Below are positions 19,481-28,427 of a DNA stretch of 64,000 nucleotides, piece by piece (within the stretch, counting starts at the first letter, position 1; each line of letters begins with the position of its first letter). The notes beneath the pieces are model-generated. The model was not told where the DNA came from. It was given only the letters and a program-made list of their open reading frames with translations, and did no database searches. The stretch covers positions 5,997-69,996 of IMG/VR virus record IMGVR_UViG_3300024520_000060. The stretch is one strand, 5' to 3'. This DNA comes from a virus. Made by a program: the position numbers and the translations under genes.

Positions 19481-21082
19481 CTACTGGTACCTGATCATGC
19501 GTCCTGGGGTGGTCGCCAGTCGTGGGCCGTTGTTCATGATGAGCTGATGGTAGGCCCGGGAGAGCGCATCGATCTGGTCCATATAGGTACCGTTCGGGAA
19601 CAGCATGGCCTCTGCCAGGAACGCATCGTTCCACTCGCCTCGGACAAGGTAGACGTTTCCGACCTCGACCTGGGCAGCAATGGGAATTGCTCGATTTTCC
19701 TTGCTTCCCGACTCAGGAGTGAACCTGACGTTGTACCCATGAAGCAGAATCGCGAGCGCACGGATTTGGGCCTTGCCTGCCTGTCCCGGGTCCTGCGGAA
19801 TCGAGATGGCGACATTGTGCCCATCCCGAGTGGCCGCTCCGAGAATGTTCTTCTCGACGTCTGCGGGGCCCAGCCGGTACCTGTCGACGTCCGCAATGAC
19901 GATTGACCCGTCCTTCATCTTCCCGAGCTTCACACTCGCGGTCCATGCCGCCTTGTTGCTGTCTGTCGCGGCGAGGTCATACCCCCTAGTCCATTGGGTG
20001 ACCCCCTCCGGAACCTTGTCGAGCATGTTGAAGTCCGCTCGCTTGAACATACCCCCGCCCCGAGGAACGGGACGCTGGTTCAGCTGGGCATCCTCAGCGT
20101 AGCTGCCACCCTCAGATCTGAACATGATCTTCAGGTCATCGACCGCTGTCTTGTCGAACCGTTCCGGCCACGCCAGCTCACCGTCTTCCGTACGAGGATC
20201 TTGGGGGTACATGAGGATACCGTCCTCATCCGGAACGTAGTAGGGCAGGGGCTCCCCCTCCTCCTTGACGCGTCGCATAGGAGCTGGCTCGCCGAAGGAG
20301 CTCGGGACGGTAGTCCAGCTCTTGTGTGTCGGGTCCCCGTCCATCGGAATCACGAGGTGGGTCCAGTCCTGGTGTTGGGCCAGGTTGTTGATCACGAGCC
20401 CCGAGATGTCTTGTTCATGCAGCCTCTGCATGATGATCACGTAGACAGGACGCTTCTGGTTCACGAATCGTGTGGGCGTCGTCTCCGTGAACCAAAACCT
20501 CGCCGTAGCACGTTCAGCTTCGGATTCTGCCAGACCCACAGAGTGAGGATCATCAATGATGAACCTATGACCCCGACGACCAGTGAGGCCTGAACCCACA
20601 GATGCTGCGAAACGCCACCCCCTACCCGAGTTCGAGTATTCCTGCTTCCCGTCATGGTCCGCCTTGAAGATAATTGGCCAATGAGACTGGTACCATTCCG
20701 ACTTGATGAGGTCACGGCAGTACATCAGATCTCGGGTAGCCAGGCCCTTCTCGTAGCTCGCGGAAATATACTTGAAGTGGTCGTTTCCACCAGGACCCCA
20801 CTCCCAGGCAGGCCAGAAGACGTTGACCAGCATGGACTTGCAGAATCCAGGGGGAACGTTGATGAGGAGACGATCAATCTCTCCCCTGCTGACTGCCTCT
20901 AGGTGGGCCGCCATGGTCTCGATCGCCCACCCCGACACGAAGGGTTCCCCTGGGTGAAGACAGGGCCACGCAGCCTTCACAAACTCGAGCAGGGACCCCT
21001 GACAGCGGATCCTCTCCAGCTGGTGAAGAGCCTGCTTGGGGTTCTTCATCGCCTCGCCGAGAATGTCGTCGTGGTCTGTCAT
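19481..21082 (-). CDS. terL: terminase large subunit
   Basis: INVPPGFCKS Walker A, LTGRRGHRFIIDDPH Walker B, IMQRLHEQD, nuclease DLA..QDPGQAGK..FPNG..DQIDA. Confidence 0.97.
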   Translation of the reverse strand: MTDHDDILGEAMKNPKQALHQLERIRCQGSLLEFVKAAWPCLHPGEPFVSGWAIETMAAHLEAVSRGEIDRLLINVPPGFCKSMLVNVFWPAWEWGPGGNDHFKYISASYEKGLATRDLMYCRDLIKSEWYQSHWPIIFKADHDGKQEYSNSGRGWRFAASVGSGLTGRRGHRFIIDDPHSVGLAESEAERATARFWFTETTPTRFVNQKRPVYVIIMQRLHEQDISGLVINNLAQHQDWTHLVIPMDGDPTHKSWTTVPSSFGEPAPMRRVKEEGEPLPYYVPDEDGILMYPQDPRTEDGELAWPERFDKTAVDDLKIMFRSEGGSYAEDAQLNQRPVPRGGGMFKRADFNMLDKVPEGVTQWTRGYDLAATDSNKAAWTASVKLGKMKDGSIVIADVDRYRLGPADVEKNILGAATRDGHNVAISIPQDPGQAGKAQIRALAILLHGYNVRFTPESGSKENRAIPIAAQVEVGNVYLVRGEWNDAFLAEAMLFPNGTYMDQIDALSRAYHQLIMNNGPRLATTPGRMIRYQ

Positions 21083-21094
21083 AGCGCTCGTTTT

Positions 21095-21253
21095 CTATTC
21101 GGGCTTGTCATCAGCGGGTGTGCGTTTCCGACCCGCAGGGTCGGACTCCCACGCGTCGATCGCGCAATCGGAGCAGCAGTACTCGATGCCCCTGTATATG
21201 GGAGCATGTCCCTTGATGGGTTTTCCGCAGGGGCATACCCTACTCGGCCGCAT
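21095..21253 (-). CDS. small Cys-rich (zinc-binding) protein, 52 aa
   Basis: Hand translation MRPSRVCPCGKPIKGHAPIYRGIEYCCSDCAIDAW...KPE*; fills the TerS-TerL gap. Confidence 0.55.
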   Translation of the reverse strand: MRPSRVCPCGKPIKGHAPIYRGIEYCCSDCAIDAWESDPAGRKRTPADDKPE

Positions 21254-21728
21254 CTTTGGCTGCTTCATTCTCCAGAATCTGCCGAAGCAGTTCCTGGGAC
21301 TCCGGAGTCAGCGATCCCAGACCGAGATCAGCTTGGTGGACGACGCCCGTGACTTCGACCTTCGAAGAGCCCAGGGCATCGCGAATGCGCTTCGACTTCA
21401 CCTTTCCGTAGATCTCGAGCAGCTTGTCCGAGTACCGGGTGACGGATCCGAAAGCAGTCGTCTCCGCCCAGCCTTCGAGACCACGACGGTGCATCTCCTT
21501 GAGGATGGCCTCGTCAGCCAGCATCAGGGCCTCTTCCCAGCGCTCGCGGAACTCGGGGTTCTTCTTGCGCTCTTGGTAGAAGGTCTTCGTCCCACCAGCA
21601 GGAGCGTGGGCTGAGGCATGCTTGCACGCGAGCCCCACTAGGCCGAAGGTGGTCAGGTGTTCGATGAACAGATCCATACGGGCCTGGGTCATGCCTCTCT
21701 TGGGCACATTCTTCATTGCGTCACTCAT
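21240..21728 (-). CDS. terS: terminase small subunit
   Basis: 162 aa upstream of TerL; FYQERKKNPEFRERWEEA..E..RRG..YSDKLL pattern. Confidence 0.8.
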   Translation of the reverse strand: MSDAMKNVPKRGMTQARMDLFIEHLTTFGLVGLACKHASAHAPAGGTKTFYQERKKNPEFRERWEEALMLADEAILKEMHRRGLEGWAETTAFGSVTRYSDKLLEIYGKVKSKRIRDALGSSKVEVTGVVHQADLGLGSLTPESQELLRQILENEAAKDAAE

Positions 21729-21736
21729 AGGGGTCG

Positions 21737-21765
21737 AACCTACGCTCGGCGAGTAGGAAACGCAA
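21737..21765 (-). promoter_or_regulatory. putative sigma70-type promoter for terS
   Basis: TTGCGT-N17-TAGGTT, 8 nt before the ATG; no Shine-Dalgarno. Confidence 0.5.
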
Positions 21766-22277
21766 GAACAATGTTGGAAATCTGATCCCGGAGGGGTCAG
21801 GATTACATCGGAACTCGCGTATGGCTCCGTGAGTCGGCATTTGTTATCCTCCCCTTGAGGGCCCTAAGAGTGAAATAGAGACCGGGCAGAGCGAGATGAG
21901 GGACGAGTGCCCAAGGGAGCCACTCCTGGGGACCTATTTCTTATTACTACTCCTACCCTTTGAAAATATTAGACATTCTCCATATACACATACATGTATG
22001 TCATGTGTAGACGATCTGTTTGGAGGAGCGGGCAGAGGGATTTCTCTGCTTGGTGCCTGTATGTGGGCTTTCCCTCTTTTGGAATGAGGGAACGCAGGGT
22101 CTGACATGGGCACAGGGTCTGAGAGCAGCAGCCGTGGTCTAGCCTCTTGCGGTTCTTGGCCCCGGCTTGATGGTGGTGGACTCCAGTCTTGCTGGTCTTA
22201 TTCTCGGTTGGAAATTACTGCTCGAGGTAGAGAGGCGAAGATCGTCCGACGCAGGACCGGATTCCTAGCAATCTCCT

Positions 22278-22365
22278 GTTAGGGTTCCGTTAGGGTTCTG
22301 TTAGTGGTCCGTTTCAGACCCAATACGGACCATTGTCGTCCGTTACGTCACCAATACGGACCATT
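22278..22365. repeat. short tandem repeats (GTTAGGGTTCY x2.5; CCAATACGGACCATT x2)
   Basis: Read directly at 22278-22304, 22320-22334 and 22351-22365. Confidence 0.8.
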
Positions 22366-22409
22366 CTGGTGGTCCCATCTGTTAGGTGTACTCTCCCTAG
22401 TGGTGGTGT

Positions 22410-22516
22410 CCAGGCTACCCCCTACCTGTAGTGGTACCCTATATAGCGCCCCCTTCCAGGTACCCCCTACCTGTAGTGGTACCCCATATAGGGCCCCCTT
22501 CCAGGCTACCCCCTAC
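22410..22516. repeat. ~45-bp tandem repeat, about 2.3 copies
   Basis: CCAGG(C)TACCCCCTACCTGTAGTGGTACCC.ATATAG.GCCCCCTT starting at 22410, 22456 and 22501 (partial). Confidence 0.9.
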
Positions 22517-22567
22517 ATAGGGTATGATCCGCCTTGGTGCCTAGAATCGGCTTTAGCCTAAATCGGA

Positions 22568-22748
22568 AAAATAAATCCGGAATAGCCTAAAGGCCGGATT
22601 CCTGAAAATAAATCCGGAATAGGCTAAAGTACGGGCGGCGAAAATAAATCCGGAATCGTCTAAAGTAGGGCCCCGGCCCCGGCCCCGAAAATAAATCCGG
22701 AATCGTCTAAAGGCGGAATTCTGAAAATAAATCCGGAATCGTCTAAAG
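22568..22748. repeat. five iteron-like direct repeats AAAATAAATCCGGAAT(A/C)GNCTAAAG
   Basis: Copies start at 22568, 22605, 22641, 22688 and 22724 (spacing 37, 36, 47, 36) with short variable GC-rich linkers. Confidence 0.95.
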
Positions 22749-23148
22749 ATTCTTCGCGCCTGAAGCGGTCTTCGCTTAGGTCGTCTAGGGCCGGGGTACC
22801 CGTCCGTATTGGCCCCCTAACGGACCATGACCCCCGCCCTAGGCCCCCAAAACGACCATAGCCGTACGCAGGACCAGGATCGTCGCTAGGCCCCGTAGGC
22901 CCTACGGCCCCGGATCCGGATCCAAAGTCCGTACGCGATCCCCTAGGCCCACCCTTGGGCTACCCCCGCCCTAGGCCCCGTAGGCCCGGCCCCGCCGCCC
23001 CCTACCTTATATAGGCCCCCCGCGATTAGGCTACCCCCGCCCCTAAACTTGCGGCCCTAAACCCCTACCCCGCAAGGGGTTACGCCCGCCCGCTAAACTT
23101 CCGGTAGGTAAAGTAGCCCCGCCCTGGATCCGGGGGTAAAGTACCCCC

Positions 23149-23406
23149 ATGAAGAAATCAACCCCCGGCCTACGCAAGTCCACCGAATCCGACCGCATGG
23201 GCCTACCCGGCCTGCCCGTAGGGGCCTGGATCCTGGAAACCCTGGAAATCCTGGTAATCGTGGACGACTTTACGGTCCGCGCCACGACCAACCCGGTCCA
23301 CGACCCCCGTAGCTACGCCCGTACCTACCCTACCCGGGCCGCCGCCCGCCGCGTAGCCCGTAGCCTAGGGGCCTTCCCCCAGGCCGCCCCTTTCCTGGCC
23401 GCCTAA
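23149..23406 (+). CDS. hypothetical early protein (module 1)
   Basis: ATGAAGAAATCA start behind a promoter module; its TAA is the left arm of the next dyad. Confidence 0.75.
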   Translation: MKKSTPGLRKSTESDRMGLPGLPVGAWILETLEILVIVDDFTVRATTNPVHDPRSYARTYPTRAAARRVARSLGAFPQAAPFLAA

Positions 23407-23493
23407 GTCCAGCCCTACCAGGGGGTTACGGCCCCCGGGTAAACTTCCGTCAAAGAAAGTAGCCCGCCCCCGATTTGGGGGGTATACCTACCC

Positions 23494-23610
23494 ATGAAGA
23501 ATCTAATCCGCGCCTGCCCGTCCTACCTACTTTTCCTGGTGCCCTTTACGGCTACCGTAGCCTACGGGGCGTACCGCGCCCTAGCCCTACTGGAATCGGT
23601 CCAGGGCTAG
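23494..23610 (+). CDS. 38-aa hydrophobic peptide (module 2)
   Basis: MKNLIRACPSYLLFLVPFTATVAYGAYRALALLESVQG*; below the ORF-track cutoff; module upstream, hairpin downstream. Confidence 0.7.
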   Translation: MKNLIRACPSYLLFLVPFTATVAYGAYRALALLESVQG

Positions 23611-23611
23611 A

Positions 23612-23648
23612 ATCCAAAATCCGCCCCCGGTAGGGGGCGCGTTTGGAT
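23612..23648 (+). terminator. hairpin after module-2 ORF
   Basis: ATCCAAA..CGCCCCC-GGTA-GGGGGCG..TTTGGAT; weak U-tract. Confidence 0.4.
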
Positions 23649-24127
23649 CTGTGCCCGGCCCCCGGGGTAGGGCCCCCGTGGCCCCGCTACATTATAAAGG
23701 AATCATAAAGATCCGCCCGTACCCCGACCCCTGGACCCCCTGACCAACCGACCATCAGACGTCCAGACAGACCCACACAGTCGTCCTGGTCCGATCCAGG
23801 CCCTAGGGCCCGTCCGCGATCCAACGTCCACCTGGTCCTACACAGCGATCGCTACGCAGGACCAGACGGCGTCCGGATCGGAAAGGGGCCGTACCGTCCG
23901 CCTTGGATCCAAAGCGACTGAGCGATCCCCTGCAGCGTCTGATGGGGCCCGACCCCTGGACCCCTAGACGGACCATACCCAATATAAAGGCCCGGTAAAG
24001 GCCCCTACGCGGGCGTATTTAGCGGCAGCGGCAGCCATAAGCACCGGCAGAGCCTGGACTTACGACCGCCCCGAAAAGAAAACGAAACCAAAGTAGCCCC
24101 GGCCCCGGCCCCGGGGTATAGTACGGC

Positions 24128-24415
24128 ATGAAGAAAACGATAACGACAGACGCCCGCCTACGCCCCTTTACCCAGGCCGACTGGGACGCCTACTCCGGAT
24201 GCGACGCAAAGGTCCCGCTGATGTACCAGGCGGACGATTTCGCGGTCATCGTGGACGGCACCTGCGTGCTTTTCCAGCTTTTGAACAAAAATTGCGATTT
24301 CTGGACAGGATACTACGCCGACCTGCGTGACGCCCAGGCGGTCGGGGAAATCCTGGCCGCTAACCCCGAGGCCGGGCGGGCCCTGGTCATCCTGGACGGG
24401 ATTCGGGGCTGCTAA
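24128..24415 (+). CDS. hypothetical early protein (module 3)
   Basis: 95 aa; shares a domain with 25241-25753. Confidence 0.8.
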   Translation: MKKTITTDARLRPFTQADWDAYSGCDAKVPLMYQADDFAVIVDGTCVLFQLLNKNCDFWTGYYADLRDAQAVGEILAANPEAGRALVILDGIRGC

Positions 24416-24788
24416 ACCCCTACCCTACAACGAGTTACGCACCCCCGGAAAAGAAACCGGAAGTAAAGTAGCCCAGGGGCCCCGTTCGGGGTACCCTACC
24501 CTGGGCCCCCTAAATCCGGGCACCCTCGTGTCCAGAAATAAATCCGACGGATCCGACCCCCTGTGGTCGCCCCGGACGGTACCCGCCTACGCCCCATCAG
24601 ACCGCGCCACAGGCCCTACCGCTCGTTTAGGCCCCGTACCCCGCCCTACCCTTACCCCGCGATCCAACGTCCACCTGGTCCTGCCTATAGAGCCGCGCCG
24701 TAACTCCCTACCCCGCAACGACTTACAGCCCCGGAAAAGAAAACGAAACCAAAGTAGCCCCGGGTCGGAAACCGGGGTACACTGGGGC

Positions 24789-24995
24789 ATGAAGAACAAA
24801 GACCACCAGGCCGCCGGGGCCCGCGCTGCCGTGCGCTCCGCCGCCGCTGAACTCGCCCGCTACCACCTCCAGGCCGCCGACACGACGGGCAGCGCGGAGT
24901 ACCATGAGCACTCCGTGATCGTCGCTGAGATCGCCCTGGACGACCTCGAGGACGCCATCGCGACCCTGAAGGCCACCCTGACGGATCGCCGCTGA
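24789..24995 (+). CDS. hypothetical helical early protein (module 5)
   Basis: Likely start MKNKDHQ at 24789, set by the module (the track extends it to 24327). Confidence 0.75.
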   Translation: MKNKDHQAAGARAAVRSAAAELARYHLQAADTTGSAEYHEHSVIVAEIALDDLEDAIATLKATLTDRR

Positions 24996-25240
24996 AGTCC
25001 ACCTGGTCCTGCTCAGCGAGTCTGGGGAGACCCATCGTGGAGAGACCGTAACGGACCCCTAACAGGGCCCTAACACCCCCACAGGGGTGATGGCGCCCAC
25101 GTACCCCACAGGGGCTCATATTCGCCGGCAGCGGCAGAGATCCACGGGCAGCCCCAGATCCAGCGGCAGCGGCAGCGGCAGCCCGAAAAGAAAACCGAAA
25201 CAAAGTAGCCCCGACCACGAACACGAGGTAAGTTGAAGCC

Positions 25241-25753
25241 ATGAAGAACCAACGACTGAACGAAGACGCCATGATGGCGCAAGTCAACGTCCACCAGGCG
25301 CTGAAGCAGGCCACAGAGGCCCACCAGGCACTGATGTTTGAGGGTACCGACGCCGGGGCCAGGGAGTACGCCCGGGCCTCCTTCGGGACCGCTGCAGCCG
25401 AGGTGCTGGGGCTCCTGCAGACGATGAACGATCAGGTCCGGACCCTGGGCCTACCACCCACCGAGCTCCGCACGTTCGGCAAGTGCGACTGGATGGCGTT
25501 CATGGGGTGCGACTCCGCCCAGCCCCTGATCGCCGAGAACGCCGACTACACCATGATCGTGGACGGCGACTACGTGTCCTTCATGACCTTCCTAGGTGAC
25601 GAGCCGGGCCCCGCCTGGGGTGGGACGTTCCGGACCCCTGAGATCGCTGTGGCAGCCGCTGAGGCGATCATCGCCAACCCTAGCCGGGAGAAGGTCACGG
25701 GGCTCCTGGTCTGGGAGAACTGGACCATGCCCGACCACGGTAACTCCTTCTAG
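25241..25753 (+). CDS. hypothetical early protein (module 6), two-domain
   Basis: 170 aa; helical N-half plus LRTFGKCDWMAFMGCD..PL...MIVDG domain. Confidence 0.8.
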   Translation: MKNQRLNEDAMMAQVNVHQALKQATEAHQALMFEGTDAGAREYARASFGTAAAEVLGLLQTMNDQVRTLGLPPTELRTFGKCDWMAFMGCDSAQPLIAENADYTMIVDGDYVSFMTFLGDEPGPAWGGTFRTPEIAVAAAEAIIANPSREKVTGLLVWENWTMPDHGNSF

Positions 25754-25831
25754 GCACTGGACTTACGACCGCCCCGAAAAGAAAACGATCAAAGAGTAGC
25801 CCCGCCCGGAAACGAGGGGTATACTGTAGCC

Positions 25832-25996
25832 ATGAAGAAATCAATCGAAGCAGCGGAGAAGGCCCTGAACGAAGCCCAGGATGAGCTGGAACGCCTGATC
25901 GCCTGGGGCATCACGAGCGGGTCTGCCTACGACAAGGCCGATCGGGCCTACGACCTCGCGAGTGCCTACCTCTGCGCCGTCTCGGGGTGCGTCTGA
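25832..25996 (+). CDS. 54-aa early protein (module 7)
   Basis: MKKSIEAAEKALNEAQDELERLIAWG...SGCV*; not in track; TGATG-coupled to the next gene. Confidence 0.75.
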   Translation: MKKSIEAAEKALNEAQDELERLIAWGITSGSAYDKADRAYDLASAYLCAVSGCV

Positions 25997-26361
25997 TGGG
26001 TGCTCACGAGTTCATGACCGTCGGGTACGGCAAGACCAAGAGCGAGGCCTACCGAGGTGCCTGCTGGGAAGCCCAAGCCGAGAACGGTCACCAGGACGGC
26101 TACAGCGGGGACATCCAGACGACCAGCGGGTCGTGGGCCATCCACCCTGACACGGTCAAGGGACTCCGCAGGGCGACGCGACTGCGGATCCTGGAGCTGG
26201 TCGCCTTCGGCCTGAAGCCGAGCAAGGGCGAGCTCTACGGACGATCCCTGGAGGCCTACAACGAGGTGAAGGGGTGGGCTGAGGCCGAGAAGTGGGGTCG
26301 CTGCTACGCGGTCCAGCTCCGTCACCGCGAGTGGGCCTTCGCCGGTATCGCCGCAAGCTGA
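25996..26361 (+). CDS. hypothetical protein
   Basis: MGAHEF...AQAENGHQDGYSGDI; translationally coupled. Confidence 0.75.
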   Translation: MGAHEFMTVGYGKTKSEAYRGACWEAQAENGHQDGYSGDIQTTSGSWAIHPDTVKGLRRATRLRILELVAFGLKPSKGELYGRSLEAYNEVKGWAEAEKWGRCYAVQLRHREWAFAGIAAS

Positions 26362-26443
26362 GTCACCTCAGCGACTTACGCAAACCCGAAAAGAAAACGA
26401 GGTCAAAGTAGCCCCGGGTCCGATCCCGGGGTACACTGTACCC

Positions 26444-26830
26444 ATGAAGAAACAAACCGCAGGCAACAACGACTACCTGAAAAGAGCCCGGGCCACCTGG
26501 AACGACCCGATCTACAAGGAGGTCCTGAGGATCTACAACGAGCGGGGCCACGACGCAGCCCAGCGATACACCCAGGCGTACACACGCATCCCGGTGTTCC
26601 TCCTGGACCCGACCCCGGCCGAGCGGGACATCCGGATGTACGGCTGCCCCCGGGAGACCCTGGACGCCGACGCGGAGTCGGCCCGAGCGGGCGTCCGCAG
26701 CCTCGTCCTGAGCCTTTTGAGCGATGCTCAGGAGCTGATCAGCCTGAGCGGGCCCGACTACGCCGAGGACGCCCGTCACCTGATCAACCGAGCCAAGTAC
26801 ATCACGCACACCTATCTCACTGGTGCGTAG
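26444..26830 (+). CDS. hypothetical early protein (module 8)
   Basis: 128 aa, MKKQ start behind module. Confidence 0.8.
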   Translation: MKKQTAGNNDYLKRARATWNDPIYKEVLRIYNERGHDAAQRYTQAYTRIPVFLLDPTPAERDIRMYGCPRETLDADAESARAGVRSLVLSLLSDAQELISLSGPDYAEDARHLINRAKYITHTYLTGA

Positions 26831-26902
26831 GGACTTACGACGCCCCGAAAAGAAAAGCCAACCAAAGTAGCCCCGGGTCAGATCCCGGGGTACACTGTAC
26901 CC

Positions 26903-27298
26903 ATGAAGAAAACAACGATCGACCGTGCGCTGATGAGCGCTCTCCGCCCCGAAATCACCGACGCCCTTGCCGCCCTGGGCACCAAGTACGGGATCCAGAT
27001 CTCAGTTGGCAACGGTCGCTACACGGCCGACCACGCTCAGTTCAAGATCCAGATGGACGCCATCGGTGAAGGAGGTACAGCGATCCGCAAGGAGGCCAAG
27101 GACTTCACCCGACAGGCGAACACGTCCTGGAGCGAGCTCCAGCCTGAATGGCTCGGCGCGACGTTCCAGAGTCGGGGTCAGACGTTCACGGTGGTCGGGT
27201 ACCGTACCCGGGCCCCGAAGAACAACATCCTCTGCGCCAGCCAGGGCAAGGAATACGTCTTCACGACCCCGGCCCTGGTCCGCCTGATGAGTGCGTAA
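26903..27298 (+). CDS. hypothetical early protein (module 9)
   Basis: 131 aa; LGATF...FTVVGY.TRAPKN pattern seen in small phage proteins. Confidence 0.8.
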   Translation: MKKTTIDRALMSALRPEITDALAALGTKYGIQISVGNGRYTADHAQFKIQMDAIGEGGTAIRKEAKDFTRQANTSWSELQPEWLGATFQSRGQTFTVVGYRTRAPKNNILCASQGKEYVFTTPALVRLMSA

Positions 27299-27384
27299 AT
27301 CCCGCCACCGCAACGACTTACGCAACCACCAAAAGAAAACGAGGTCAAAGTAGCCCCGGGCTCCGGCCCGGGGTACCTTGAGGC

Positions 27385-27645
27385 ATGAAGAAATCAATCA
27401 AGATGCTGACGCACTTCGCTCCTCCGCCCTTCTACTCGACCCAGGGAGGCGACTACTGGATCGCCTTCAACCTGGACCGCTGCGCGAACTGCGGAGCCAC
27501 CACTCAGGCCCCGAACGCGATCAACTTCCACGAGTCCCGGGCCACGCTGGAGGGCCTGGGCTCCACGTTCCTCCCGGTCCTCCCGCCGGAAGCTAGTTGG
27601 GCGGACAACGACGCCGAAGAAGAGTGCGACGCCTGTCCCCAGTAG
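27385..27645 (+). CDS. Cys-containing early protein (module 10)
   Basis: CANC...CDAC, possible zinc ribbon. Confidence 0.75.
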   Translation: MKKSIKMLTHFAPPPFYSTQGGDYWIAFNLDRCANCGATTQAPNAINFHESRATLEGLGSTFLPVLPPEASWADNDAEEECDACPQ

Positions 27646-27705
27646 CCACCAAAAGAAAACGAGGAAAGAGTAGCCCCGGGCTCCGGCCCGGGGTATCTTG
27701 AAGGC

Positions 27706-27921
27706 ATGAAGAAATCAATGACAGCCGACGACATCCGCTACTCCGACATGGTTGCTGACTACTGGCGCGAGCGCGAAGAGGTCATCCAGAGTGGGCGCAT
27801 GGCCTTCCCGGAGAACATGCCCAGGTACGAGGCAGCCCACGTGGCCCTGCTGCAGGACTGGGGTCAGGACCGTGTGGACCTCGCCGCGAGCCGCTACGAG
27901 TCCACCACGGAGCAGGGCTGA
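27706..27921 (+). CDS. hypothetical early protein (module 11)
   Basis: 71 aa, MKKS start behind module. Confidence 0.75.
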   Translation: MKKSMTADDIRYSDMVADYWREREEVIQSGRMAFPENMPRYEAAHVALLQDWGQDRVDLAASRYESTTEQG

Positions 27922-28106
27922 TGGAGCCCGAATACCGCTTCTTCCCTGACCACCTGAACCCGATGGAGCCGGTCTCCTACCGGATACCGGGGCCCGAGCC
28001 CAGGGACGACCGGCCCGGTGACGTCTACCTGATCACCTGGGACGAGGAGGGGAACTGGACTGAGTCCGTCGCCCGCTGGGACGGCACGCAAATCGTTACC
28101 CTGTAG
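27921..28106 (+). CDS. hypothetical protein
   Basis: TGATG-coupled to the previous ORF. Confidence 0.65.
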   Translation: MEPEYRFFPDHLNPMEPVSYRIPGPEPRDDRPGDVYLITWDEEGNWTESVARWDGTQIVTL

Positions 28107-28178
28107 GGACTTACGCAAACCCGAAAAGAAAACGAGGTCAAAGTAGCCCCGGCCCTAGTCGTCGGGTATACTGTAGCC

Positions 28179-28427
28179 ATGAAGAACGAAATGACAGCCA
28201 GCGAAGCCAACGAAGTCGCCATGAACCTGGAAGAGATCCGGGACCAGATCAAGGACCTCGCCCAACAGGCGCTGGAGCTGGTCCGGGGGACGCCCGAAGC
28301 CGAGCGCTCCAGGGTCTACTGGTACGGTCACGTGATGTCCGCCATGGACGACCAGGAGTACCCCGGTGGCTCCTACACGCTGGCCGACACCGAGGCCTAC
28401 TTCCGCAACGACGGGGAAGAGGCATGA
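28179..28427 (+). CDS. hypothetical early protein (module 12)
   Basis: 82 aa, acidic, MKNE start. Confidence 0.75.
   Translation: MKNEMTASEANEVAMNLEEIRDQIKDLAQQALELVRGTPEAERSRVYWYGHVMSAMDDQEYPGGSYTLADTEAYFRNDGEEA

Noticed and set aside
22279-22295. Telomere-like TTAGGG
   Set aside because: Only two copies, inside an 11-bp repeat.
22568-22748. Mini-CRISPR array
   Set aside because: Linkers are only about 11-22 nt, low complexity and partly similar to each other; fits iteron-like repeats better.
25122-25183. GCGGCA hexamer runs (also near 24022)
   Set aside because: Two to three units in GC-rich DNA; no supportable function, although they precede two modules.
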